In this document: in pieces, positions 31,147 to 41,145 of the stretch
Layout: each line of letters begins with the position of its first letter
How positions within the stretch are numbered: position 1 is the stretch's first letter
Origin: an uncultured Planctomycetaceae bacterium
GTDB taxonomy: Bacteria; Planctomycetota; Planctomycetia; Planctomycetales; Planctomycetaceae
Direction of reading: 5' to 3'
Assembly (NCBI GenBank): GCA_963815195.1
Contig: CAWFGE010000007.1
Coordinates: 307,051-371,050, forward strand
DNA length: 64,000 bases
The notes under the pieces: generated by a model
Seen by the model: the letters and a program-made list of their open reading frames with translations, nothing else
Database searches by the model: none
Told to the model about the DNA's origin: nothing
Translations under genes and position numbers: made by a program

Positions 31147-33564
31147 ATGGCAAACTGGCGATTGGGATGGGCCGGCCCGGTGGCGGCCCTTTCGGCCGTT
31201 TTAATCGGGTGCGCGGACAATCCGGCCAAACTGCACTACTTGGGTCATGCCGATCTCAATTACTACAAAGACCACGCCACGAGCATCGACTATACGACCG
31301 TGGACTCCCCGACGGCGTGCGATGTGATGGCCACGCAGAAGCCGCGGGCCGTCAACGATCGCCGCGAGGATGAGATCCGCGATCTCTCCCTCCAAGAAGC
31401 CATCCGGGTCGCGCTCGAAAACAATCCCATCGTGCGAAGCAGCGCCCAGTTGGTGTCGCCGAGCAATCCCGTCCTCGCGCACCCCGACGGCTTGCCTTCG
31501 ATTTACGACCCGGCGATTCAGGAATCGGGCGTGCTCTTCGGCGGGCGCGGTGTGGAATCGGCTCTCTCGCAGTTCGATCCCACCTGGACGACCTCCATGA
31601 CGTGGGGCCGAAACGAGCAAATCCAAAACAACGCGTTCCTCGCCGGGGGCTTGCAGAGTGGAAACACGCTGGTTCAGGAGACGGGCGTTTTCAACACGCA
31701 GCTCCAAAAAACCTTCGCCGACGGGGGAACCTTCTCCGTCACGCATAACTGGAATTATCTGGGGGTGAACATTCCCAACCAGCTCTTTCCGTCATCCTAC
31801 GCCGGTTCGGTCGGCGTCGGGTACTCCTTGCCGTTATGGGCCGGAGCGGGAACCGAGTTCACGCGGATTGCCGGCCCGGTGGCCAATAGCTTCGGCGGTT
31901 TATCGGGCGTCACGCAAGGGGTGTCGATCGCCCGCATCAACAACGACATCACCCTCGCCGACTTTGAGCTCGCGGTGAGAAACCTCACCAAGGACGTGGA
32001 AGACGCCTACTGGGATCTCTATTTGCAATACCGCCTGTACGACACGGCCGTCAAAACCCGCAACAGCACTCTGGCGATTTGGCGGAAGACCCATGACATT
32101 GTCGTCATCGGCGGGAAAGGCCCAAACGACCTGACCAACGAAGCGCAGGCCCGCGAACAGTATTACGAAACCCGCGCCGCGGCGGCGACGGCGCTCGGCA
32201 ATCTTTACAAGGCCGAGGTGCAGCTCCGGCGGCTTATGGGCCTGCCCTCGAACGACGGGTACATGCTCCGTCCGTCCGACGAGCCGCCTCTGGCCGAGCT
32301 CGTTCCCGATTGGGAAATGAGCCTGGCCGAAGCCCTGACGAACCGCGTCGAACTTCGGCGTCAAAAGTTCAACGTCAAAAGTCTCGAACTCCAACTGCGG
32401 GCCGCTCGGAGTTTGACCAAACCCCAATTGAATTTCGTGTCCAACTACCGGGTGAACGGATTTGGGGACAATCTGCTGGCCTATACCGACAACGACAAGA
32501 GGAACACGTCGCAGGGCCTCAACAGTGCCTACGGGTCGCTCACCCAAGGCAATCAAACCGGTTGGAATTTAGGATTCCAGATGTCGATGCCGTTCGGCTT
32601 TCGCTCGGCCCGCGCCCAGGTGCGCAACGTGGAACTGCGACTGGCCAAGGCGCGGGAAATCCTGGCGACCCAGGAAATGGACGTCAGCCACGAAGTCGCG
32701 GTGGCCTATCAGGATCTGGCCACAAACTACGCGGCCGCGCAGTCAAACTTCAATCGTTTGCGGTCCTCCGAGTATCGCGTGGAATTGTTCCGCAAACGGA
32801 GTTCCGTTGAAGAAGTGGACCTGCCCTTGCGAGCCGAGTTGTCCCGGGCCCTGTCGGAGTCGGCGTTCTATACGAATCTGTCGAATTACGCGAAATCGAT
32901 TGCCGCGTTCCACTTCGCCAAAGGCGATTTGTTGGAACTCAACAACGTGCACCTTGCGGAAAGTTTGTGGACCCCGGAAGCATATCAGCAGGCTCTCCGC
33001 CGGGCGATGGCTCGCAGCCATGCATTTCAGAACCAGTTCTTGCACACGGAACCGGAAGAGTTTGTCTATCCGGGGGACGCTCACGACGTGACGATCGAAC
33101 CTTCCGGTTCTCCCGAACCGGACGGCGCGCCGCAGCTGGAAGACTTGCCCGTGGAAGTGCCTTCTCCCGGGACAGAGATGCCGAATTTGATCCCGCCGGC
33201 CCGCGAGAAAGAGCCGGCTCCCATGCCGACGCCGGCTCCCGCCGCGACGGAAGCGGGCGCCTCCTCGTTCCGTGACCCGACAGCGGAAGAAGTCTGGGAC
33301 CGCACACCTTGGCCGCAAAGACAACAGCCTGGCTTGGAATCCCGGAACCTGGCCCGCGTGCGCGAACGCACACAGTCTCGCCGGACCGAGGCCGCTTTGC
33401 CCAAGTCGGTCACCGGCACGAAAGCCGGAGTCTTAAAACCCGCGGCGGGGCAAGCCGGGACCTTGACGCCCGCGGTCAATCAAGCGGGCTTCTTCCCGCT
33501 CCCGGACACGAACGCCCCGGAAGAACCCCTCCACTTGGACGCCCAGCGCGACTTGCTGCAATGA
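31147..33564 (+). CDS. TolC/outer-membrane efflux family lipoprotein
   Basis: Lipobox LIGC; LSLQEAIRVALENN, VEDAYWDL, ALTNRVEL, PQLNFVSNY beta strands; long Pro-rich tail. Confidence 0.82.
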   Translation: MANWRLGWAGPVAALSAVLIGCADNPAKLHYLGHADLNYYKDHATSIDYTTVDSPTACDVMATQKPRAVNDRREDEIRDLSLQEAIRVALENNPIVRSSAQLVSPSNPVLAHPDGLPSIYDPAIQESGVLFGGRGVESALSQFDPTWTTSMTWGRNEQIQNNAFLAGGLQSGNTLVQETGVFNTQLQKTFADGGTFSVTHNWNYLGVNIPNQLFPSSYAGSVGVGYSLPLWAGAGTEFTRIAGPVANSFGGLSGVTQGVSIARINNDITLADFELAVRNLTKDVEDAYWDLYLQYRLYDTAVKTRNSTLAIWRKTHDIVVIGGKGPNDLTNEAQAREQYYETRAAAATALGNLYKAEVQLRRLMGLPSNDGYMLRPSDEPPLAELVPDWEMSLAEALTNRVELRRQKFNVKSLELQLRAARSLTKPQLNFVSNYRVNGFGDNLLAYTDNDKRNTSQGLNSAYGSLTQGNQTGWNLGFQMSMPFGFRSARAQVRNVELRLAKAREILATQEMDVSHEVAVAYQDLATNYAAAQSNFNRLRSSEYRVELFRKRSSVEEVDLPLRAELSRALSESAFYTNLSNYAKSIAAFHFAKGDLLELNNVHLAESLWTPEAYQQALRRAMARSHAFQNQFLHTEPEEFVYPGDAHDVTIEPSGSPEPDGAPQLEDLPVEVPSPGTEMPNLIPPAREKEPAPMPTPAPAATEAGASSFRDPTAEEVWDRTPWPQRQQPGLESRNLARVRERTQSRRTEAALPKSVTGTKAGVLKPAAGQAGTLTPAVNQAGFFPLPDTNAPEEPLHLDAQRDLLQ

Positions 33565-33633
33565 CGGGCGGCCGCGTGTCGCCTCACCGGAGCGAGGTTG
33601 TCCGAGAGAAACAGCGGTTTCCGCGCCTCGGAT

Positions 33634-36600
33634 TCAGGGGACGTATTGAAAATGGCCTTTGTGGTCGCCCGCAATGCCTTTAAGAATTCCGCTGGCGTCC
33701 GGCACGCAGAATCCGATCGTATGGATGACGGTTTCGCTCCGGTTTTCCTGGCGGGCAATGTCTCGCGTCTCCGGGGGGATTTGGCCGTCGGTGAGGAAGA
33801 AGATCACTTCGGGCTTGAGAGACAGGGCAATTTTGAACGAGTCGAGCGGCAGCGTGCCTCCTCCCGGCGTGACCTCTTGGATCCAGGGGCGAATCACCCG
33901 CAGTCCGGTTCGCGAGCCGGGGAGCATTCCCCGGCGTCGGCGGGGAAACGGTTGTGGAAAGGTTTCATGGTTGTAAAAGATCACAAAGAACTTCTGGCGG
34001 GACGTGAGCTGCCCTAACGCGGAATGCAGTTCGGACCGCGCCCGTTGAAATCGCGTGGTGTCGCCGGCGAATTCCGTCATGCTGCCGGAGCAATCCACAA
34101 TAAACGCAAACGAATTTCCCATCCCTTTGAGGCCAAAAAAGTCCACCTCGACATTCCGGGGCTGTTTCGGATCCTCAGGTTGTCGGGCTTCAGGCGGAAG
34201 CGAGATTTCCGCGTCGTCTTTGACGAGTTCCGGCTTCAGCGAGGCCAGCAGGTCGCGGGCTTTTTGCGCGGCGACGGTTTCGGGGAACCGCCGAATCACA
34301 TCCAAAAGCCACTCCCGCCCTTCATCGATTTTCCCCGCCTGGACTAAGTCCCGCCCCAATTCAAAGAGCCGCTCGGCTTCCTTTTCCCGGTCCGCCGTCT
34401 CCGAGGAGTTTTCTTCGGACGATTCCTTCGCGTCGGGCTGCAATGCAATTTGCCCCAGCGACGTCGGTTGATTCGGAGAAATCCGAACGGTCGCCGGTTG
34501 CGGTTGAAATCCCCGGGCCGAGATTCTGAATTTGAACCTCCCGGGGGATCAACCCCCGCATCTGAAATCGTCCCAGCGAATCGGTGGTTGTCTCGATGCC
34601 CTGTTTTTCCAGATTCACCGTCGCATTGGCCACGCCTTGGCCCGAAGAATCGACGATGCGGCCCGTCAATTCCGCGGCTCCCAAAAGAGCCACTTTCAGG
34701 GGAGCCTCATCGCCTTTCGCGAGGTTCCGCGTGATCACAGCCGGTTCGTAGCCGGGAAGTTCCGCTTCGAGCACCACCAGTCCGCTGGGGACATCCGCAA
34801 AGCGAAAGTGTCCGAGTTCGTCCGTGGTCGCCTGCCGGGATGTTCCGGTCAACTTGAGTTTCACGCCCGCGAGAGGAGAATCGTCATCGCTTTGGATCAC
34901 CGTCCCGGAGATCAAGGTATCTCCTCGCAGGGGCAGCGAGATTTGGGTCTCCTCGCCGGACCGCGTTTCGGCGGCTTGCTCCGCGGGACGATAACCCGCC
35001 GCCGCGACGGTCAATTTTACAGGCCCCGCCACGACATCGTCGAACCGAAACCGCCCTTCGGAATCGCTGTGTGTCTTTCGGGACGTGTCCGCGAGTTCGA
35101 CCTCGGCTCCGGCAATCGGTGCCTGCGTCGCCGCGTCCTGAATTGTCCCGGACAAAATCGTGCCCCCTTTGAGCGAAACCTCGACGGTTTCCTCTTTCTC
35201 GGCCGAAAATGCGTGCTCCCGTTCGACAAGTTGATACCCCTTGCCCAGAATTTGCACGCGGGAGGCGCGGGCGGGAATTCCGGTCAGTCGGAACCGGCCG
35301 TTCGCTTCGGTTTTCGCAATGAGATTCGTGTTGACGACCCGAATCTCCACGCCTTCCAGCGGAGTGTTCTCCACGGCATCTTGGATTGTTCCGCTGAGCG
35401 AGGCATTCCCGACAAGGCCGAACGGCAGCGGAGCGGAATCCCCCTGCACGTGGATCGTGGTTTCCAGAGAACGAAATCCCGCGGCTTCCGTACGAATGGC
35501 GATGTCGCCCGGCGGGACCTTCGTCAATTCGTACTCCCCCAGTTCATTTGTTTTCACGGTTCGGCCGAATTGCGGCAAGCGAATAAGAGCACCGGCGATC
35601 GGCCGCCCGTCCGCTTGGGAACGCACGATGCCCATGCGAACCCCCGAACCATGCAGGCCGACGCGAATCGGCGAGACTTCCGCTCCCGCCAACTGACGCC
35701 CCAAATGTTCCGGCAAATAGCCGGGGGCTTGGACCGCGATCGTCGTGTCGCCGCTGGGCAGACCGGCAATGTCGAATCGCCCGCCCGCGTCCGTTTGCTC
35801 CCGCAGCGAGGTTCCCTGGACATACACGGCCGCCCGCGGGATGGGCTCGAGCGTCAAGGCGTCAATGACGATGCCCGCCAAACGCCCGGCCCCCAACAAA
35901 TGCCATTGCGACGGCCGCGGCGAATCGAGATTCGCGGCTTCAATTCGGCTTTGTTCTTGAAAACCGCCGGCCGACACAACGACCTCGGCCGATTCGCCGG
36001 GAACGTCCGCCAAATAAAACGCACCTTGCTGGTTGGTGAGCGTGCTGAGATGAAAACCAGGCAACGACACGCGGGCCTGCGGGATCGGTTGACCCGTCAA
36101 CTTGCCGAGGACCACCCCGCGCAATTCCCCCGCGCCCTTCAGACCGATCTTCACCGTGCGCTCGCCTGTCTGGGCCAGATCAAACGGCAGCGTCTCCGCA
36201 CGAAATCCCGGCGCCGAAATCTCCAGCACGCCCGTTTCTGCAGAGAGATCGTTCAATCGAAAGCGGCCGCGCTGATCCGTGGCCGCGGTGATGTCGGTTC
36301 CCGCCAGGCGGACCTTCGCACCGGCAATCGGGCGGTTGGGGCCGACGGCGGAAAACACCGTTCCTTCCATAGGCACCGGTTCACGGTCCCGAGAAATCCA
36401 ATAAGCTCCTCCGCCCGCCAGGCTCAATATGAGGACCAAGGCGGCCAGCAGCGCATTCAGCCGCCGTGATTTCCCAAGTTGGGCCTCACAGCGGGGACAG
36501 CGGGCTGTTTTGTGATCGAGTGCCGTAACCGTTCGGCAATCCTCCGCCGGGCAGACCGCCAGCTTCCCCGCACTCGATGTCGTCCGCTCGTACCCCCAAC

Positions 36601-37042
36601 ACCAGGCCAATCTCCACCGGCCCGACGCGTCGCGGTATTTGAAGAACACCCCCGCATCGGCCGCTTTTTGCGGATCGCCGGTGAGCCGCTTCAATCTGTC
36701 CAGGACCAAACGCTGGAATGTCCGCTCCATCCCATTCGAGGGGCGGGCGGTTTCCAGATTCTCCCGGAGCGCGGAGAACTCGGTCTTGAGAGCCGCTTCA
36801 ACGTCCTCGGCCGAGACGGGCTGGACGCGGCGGGGCAGAACGTCCTGTCCCGACTCGTCCCGCAAAGAATACGCAACATTCGCCCCGTCCCAACGCGGTT
36901 CCGCGAACCAGGGCCCGATCCATTTCCGCAGAATGGAAATCCAGGCGAGATTTCCGTCAGTCAGCCCCATGCCCACGGGCATCGAGATGCGTTGAAAGCA
37001 CGATAACGAACCGGAGACGGGAATTTGAACGAGCGGCTTCAT
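33634..37042 (-). CDS. Membrane-anchored protein: N-terminal domain + zinc ribbon + TM + ~8 carboxypeptidase-regulatory-like repeats + vWA; frameshift at ~34532
   Basis: Repeats GxVxD..PIxGAxV...TDxxGxFxL...SAPGY; removing one base joins 34361-37042 to 33634-34443; vWA MIDAS IVDCSGSM, GGGT, FFLTDG, IHTIGF. Confidence 0.8.
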
Positions 37043-37206
37043 CCGTCGGGATCCTGCGGCAGAGAGAATTCAGTTCACGATCGATCACTGTTCATCTCCC
37101 CGACACCTTACCGGCAATCGCTCGGAAAATCGACTAAATTCTCAAATAACGGTGAAGTGGGTTGGCTTTTCCGTCCACGACCGACGTGCGGTTCGAGTTG
37201 GAACCA

Positions 37207-38853
37207 CTAGATCTCGGTGGGATCCAGCCGCGAGAAGGTGCGCACGGAAAGCCAGACGCCCGCCGCGGCGGCCAGGGTCGCAAAACCTGCGATGCCCGCC
37301 CCGAAGATCAACCGAAATTGCTCGGCGTGCCCGATGGCGTGACAGAACCACTGGGCCGTCCGCAGCCAGCCCATCAGCCCGAACAACGCGGCCGTCAGCA
37401 ACATGCCTTTGCCGGTGAATGTCAGTGTGGTTCGCAGAAAAACCTCGACCCCCTCCTGGTGCAGCCGATGCGGATAGCAGAGAAAGATCAGATTGTCGAG
37501 CGCGCTCACAAAGAAATTCATCGGCAACAAAAACACGATCGCGGCGGCGGCCGATTCCCAGGGCACCGAGCACACCGCGGCCGCGATTGTCAATAACGTG
37601 ATCTGAAACGCCCACGTCAGCCCGATGGGAGCCGCCAACTGTCCAAGCACCACCGAGAGCGGCCCCAGCGGCAGGCTCTTTAACAGGCCCAGATGATCGA
37701 AATCGCGGCGGAAGTCGAGCTTCAAAGCCGCCGGCAACAGCACATACGAATAAAACACCACACTGACCAACACGGTCAAAAACGTGGTCATCCCGTCGCC
37801 CGCCGCCAACAGCGGCAGACACGACAACAGGGCCGGAAATCCGAGCCCTAAGCTCAAGGTGGTCCAATGCCTCTTGGCGAAATTCAGTTGCCGCCACGCC
37901 ACGGTCCCCGCGCCGCCCCAGCGAAAAATCCGCGGCCAACTTGGCGATGCCGTTTTGGTCTGCGGGATGCGTTCCCGATCGGTGTGGGCCAATTCCTTGT
38001 CTTGAGACCGCCGGTAAAACACGCCGTCCAACCGGACCGCCGCGTGGGCCGTCGCCGCCACCACGAACATCGCCCCGCCCAAATCCGCGAGGAAGCCCGC
38101 CGAAAGTTCCCCGGCCGTGATGACGTGCGCTATGAGCCGAAACGGGGCTTCGATCAACTGCCCGAAGGAGGAGTTGTTAACGGCTCCCAAAGCCGCCGCC
38201 CACTCCCGCAGGAACGGCCAATGGTTGCCGGGCCTCAGCTCCACCCGCGAAACTGCCTCGCCCAATCCATAACCGGCGAGCGCCGCCAAGGCCCCGAACA
38301 CGCCCGCGCGGAATAACAGGTATTGCCTTTCGCTCATCGCGCAGGCCAGGGTTTCCAAAATCAGCCGGACGTATTCGAGAAACACGAGCCCCAACAGCAG
38401 TCCGAAAAACCCGCTCCACACCATCGGCAGATCGGGATAAAGCACGAACGCAACCAAGAGAGTTTTAGGAAGCGTTGCGGAGAAAATGCCCATCAACCGA
38501 TAGGTCAGCAATTCCCGCCGGGAAAACGGGCCGCCGCAAAGCAGGGTCTCTTCCGCGGCGGACCATTCCAAGGCAGCCTCCGGCCGGGAATAGGCCACGC
38601 GAATCAAATGCCAAAAGAAATAAAGCAGCAAGCTTCGCGACATCCAGCGGCCGAAGGTCGCCGGGTCGTAAGCGTCCCGCAAGAGCACGCTCGCCACCGC
38701 ATTCCCCAACCAGACGACGGTCAGAAGCACCGCGATCAAAGACAAGACCTGCCGGCGAGGTGAAGAAAAACTCGCGCGAAGTTTGCGGACCTTTCCCAAC
38801 GCTTCAAATCGGAACAACTGCCAAAGCGCAGGATGGATGGCTAACGATTGCAT
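37207..38853 (-). CDS. Putative ABC exporter permease
   Basis: About 12 TM segments; LLCGGPFSRRELL and LLKSLPLGP motifs; adjacent to an ABC ATPase. Confidence 0.8.
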   Translation of the reverse strand: MQSLAIHPALWQLFRFEALGKVRKLRASFSSPRRQVLSLIAVLLTVVWLGNAVASVLLRDAYDPATFGRWMSRSLLLYFFWHLIRVAYSRPEAALEWSAAEETLLCGGPFSRRELLTYRLMGIFSATLPKTLLVAFVLYPDLPMVWSGFFGLLLGLVFLEYVRLILETLACAMSERQYLLFRAGVFGALAALAGYGLGEAVSRVELRPGNHWPFLREWAAALGAVNNSSFGQLIEAPFRLIAHVITAGELSAGFLADLGGAMFVVAATAHAAVRLDGVFYRRSQDKELAHTDRERIPQTKTASPSWPRIFRWGGAGTVAWRQLNFAKRHWTTLSLGLGFPALLSCLPLLAAGDGMTTFLTVLVSVVFYSYVLLPAALKLDFRRDFDHLGLLKSLPLGPLSVVLGQLAAPIGLTWAFQITLLTIAAAVCSVPWESAAAAIVFLLPMNFFVSALDNLIFLCYPHRLHQEGVEVFLRTTLTFTGKGMLLTAALFGLMGWLRTAQWFCHAIGHAEQFRLIFGAGIAGFATLAAAAGVWLSVRTFSRLDPTEI

Positions 38854-38890
38854 GTGTGTTGTCGATCGTCAGGAACAAGAGGAGACCTTG

Positions 38891-38949
38891 AAGAGCCGCG
38901 CACGCAGTAAGCGGAATCTCACAATCCGCTTACTGCGTGCGCGGCTCTT
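38891..38949. repeat. REP-like hairpin, family C (25-bp perfect inverted repeat) inside the ABC operon
   Basis: aagagccgcgcacgcagtaagcgga at 38891-38915 and tccgcttactgcgtgcgcggctctt at 38925-38949. Confidence 0.85.
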
Positions 38950-38962
38950 TTTGTATTTGAAA

Positions 38963-39769
38963 TTACGGCACGGCGAAGACGTCGGCTTCGATCGTGTCTG
39001 CTTGCGTGGCGAGGAAGAAGATTTTCTCAAGCGTGGCGTTTTGCTCTTCGCGGAGGTATTGCTTCTTGAGGTCGCCCAACGTGCCGAAGAACTTCTGCTT
39101 GCCCGTGTCCAAGATCAAAATGTGCGTGCAGATGTCTTCAACCATCGCGAGCAAATGGGAGCTGACGAGAATCGCGGCCCCCTGCTCGGCTCGTTCGCAG
39201 ATGGAGGCTTTCAGCCGGCGAATCCCGCGCGGGTCGAGCCCGGTTAAGGGTTCATCGAACAAGAGCGCGGCGGGGTCGTGAAGATAGGCGCAGCAGATGG
39301 CAAGCTTCTGCCGCATCCCGCGGGACAAGTCCCGGGCCCGGGACTGGCGTTTGCCCGAGAGCTCGAACTCCTCCAACAGCTCGGCGGATTTTTCCCGGGC
39401 GTTTTCGACGCCGAACGCCGACGCGATGAACGCGAGATGCTCGTCTGCGGTGAGGTCGGGAAACAGTTGCGGGTCGTCCGGCAGATACGCCAGCGACCGC
39501 TTCACGCCGACGGGATCGAGGGCCACATCATGTCCGCGAACCGTCAGTCGCCCGCCGCTGGGTGCAATGATGGCCGCGAGCGACCGCATCGTCGTCGTTT
39601 TGCCGGCCCCGTTGGGACCGACGAGGCCCAGAATCTCCCCCGGCCTGACGGCGAAGCTCAACTCCGACACGGCCACGGTCGAGCCATAAGACTTGGAGAA
39701 GCCTTCGACCGCGATCACCGGAGGGTGGGGATTTTCCGGGCGGTTCGATTTTTTCGATGGCAGCGGCAT
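38963..39769 (-). CDS. ABC-2-type transporter ATP-binding protein
   Basis: [32 protein letters not shown]; start uncertain. Confidence 0.92.
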   Translation of the reverse strand: MPLPSKKSNRPENPHPPVIAVEGFSKSYGSTVAVSELSFAVRPGEILGLVGPNGAGKTTTMRSLAAIIAPSGGRLTVRGHDVALDPVGVKRSLAYLPDDPQLFPDLTADEHLAFIASAFGVENAREKSAELLEEFELSGKRQSRARDLSRGMRQKLAICCAYLHDPAALLFDEPLTGLDPRGIRRLKASICERAEQGAAILVSSHLLAMVEDICTHILILDTGKQKFFGTLGDLKKQYLREEQNATLEKIFFLATQADTIEADVFAVP

Positions 39770-39989
39770 AACTGGGGAATCCGGCAGAAACGGCAACATC
39801 AAACGGCCGGAACATCAACCCGGCCCGATTGTTTCCCCAAACATAGCTCACCGATCTGTTCAGACGATGAAAAAAGCCGCCCAAGAGCATCAGCCGCAGG
39901 GCGCTAGTGTCGCGTCAATCTTGGTTTGACGCGTGCCATTGGCTCCGCCAGTGCGAGATCGAGTTTACCGTTCCTTTCAAGCACTGGCA

Positions 39990-40409
39990 TCACGAGACCG
40001 ATGCAGGAAACAGGGCGGCCCACAGGGGCGGGCCCAGGATCAATAAGCCCACGGCGATCGCCGTCAGCGACAACACCAGCACCGTGCCCGCCGCGACGTC
40101 TTTGGCGACTTTGGCGAGTTCGTGGTATTCCGGCGAGGCCAAATCCACCACGGCTTCGACGACGGTGTTGATCAGCTCGCCCGTCAACACCGCTCCAATC
40201 GTCAAGGCGATCACGGCCCAATCCCGGAGCGGCAGTCCCAAATAAATCCCGAGCGCCACCACGACCACGCCCATGCCGATGTGAATCCGCAGATTCCGCT
40301 GGGTTCGCACCGCGTGTTTGAGCCCCTCGAAGGCGTATCCAAAACTTTTCCAAAGCGACGACGCCCGCACCGAAGTCTCCACCGAAAAGGCCCAAGAACG
40401 ATTTCCCAC
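39990..40409 (-). CDS. dgkA: Diacylglycerol/undecaprenol kinase family protein
   Basis: SFGYAFEGL, QRNLRIH, ELINTVVEAVVDL, AKVAKDVAAG; GTG start uncertain. Confidence 0.88.
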   Translation of the reverse strand: MGNRSWAFSVETSVRASSLWKSFGYAFEGLKHAVRTQRNLRIHIGMGVVVVALGIYLGLPLRDWAVIALTIGAVLTGELINTVVEAVVDLASPEYHELAKVAKDVAAGTVLVLSLTAIAVGLLILGPPLWAALFPASVS

Positions 40410-40551
40410 GCCTTTATTGTGAGTTCCGGCAGAGGGCTGCGTCAAACCGTGATTTGCGGGAATGTGGACAAATAAAGACAGTTGCTTAGAATGGGTGTCT
40501 GTCGCGAGAACCCGTTTTGAACCCATCCCTCAACCATCGGGCAGATTGTTC

Positions 40552-40839
40552 ATGGCGAAGAAAAAAGCCGCCCGGAAGTCCGCATTCGCACCTGGGCAAT
40601 CGGTCCGCATCAAGGAGGGCGTCACGGCTCCCGAGTTTCCCGACGTCTCCTGTGCCGGCTGGACCGGCGTGGTCGTCGAGTTGATCGGAAAAAAAGCCGA
40701 TCCGCAGTTCGTCGTGGAATGGGACGAAGCCACGTTAAGCCGGCTGCCCCCGTCCTACAAAGACCAGTGCGAGGAACGGAATCTGACCTATTCTTTCTCG
40801 TGCTTCTCGGCCGCGGACATGGAGCCGGCGGAGACCTGA
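40552..40839 (+). CDS. Small hypothetical protein (SH3/KOW-like)
   Basis: FAPGQSVRIKEG...GWTGVVVE...VVEWD pattern; GC3 bias. Confidence 0.7.
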   Translation: MAKKKAARKSAFAPGQSVRIKEGVTAPEFPDVSCAGWTGVVVELIGKKADPQFVVEWDEATLSRLPPSYKDQCEERNLTYSFSCFSAADMEPAET

Positions 40840-40880
40840 TGCCCCCCGCCCGAGATTTTCGTGCGCGATTCCGCGCGGGA

Positions 40881-41021
40881 AAATCCGAAATCCGAATCGC
40901 CGAAACTCAGTGTTCAAACGCGGGAAAACCGAATGGGCTTTACGAGTTGAGGGATTTGTTTGGGACATTCGGATTTGGGATTGTTGATTTGTTTCGGATT
41001 TCGATTTCGTGCTTCGGATTT
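40881..41021. repeat. Degenerate heptamer-based inverted-repeat element
   Basis: aaatccgaaatccgaatcgccgaaac on the left and gtttcggatttcgatttcgtgcttcggattt on the right, with GGATTT/CGGATT units between. Confidence 0.6.
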
Positions 41022-41145
41022 CCACCAGAAAACGTGCAGAATTGCCCACGCGGATTTAGAATTCGTGGTTGCTTTCGACGGCACGAAAGCGGAGAATCGA
41101 AAGGAGTTTGCCGCAAGTCCGCCGACTTTCTTTTGAGATGGTGTC

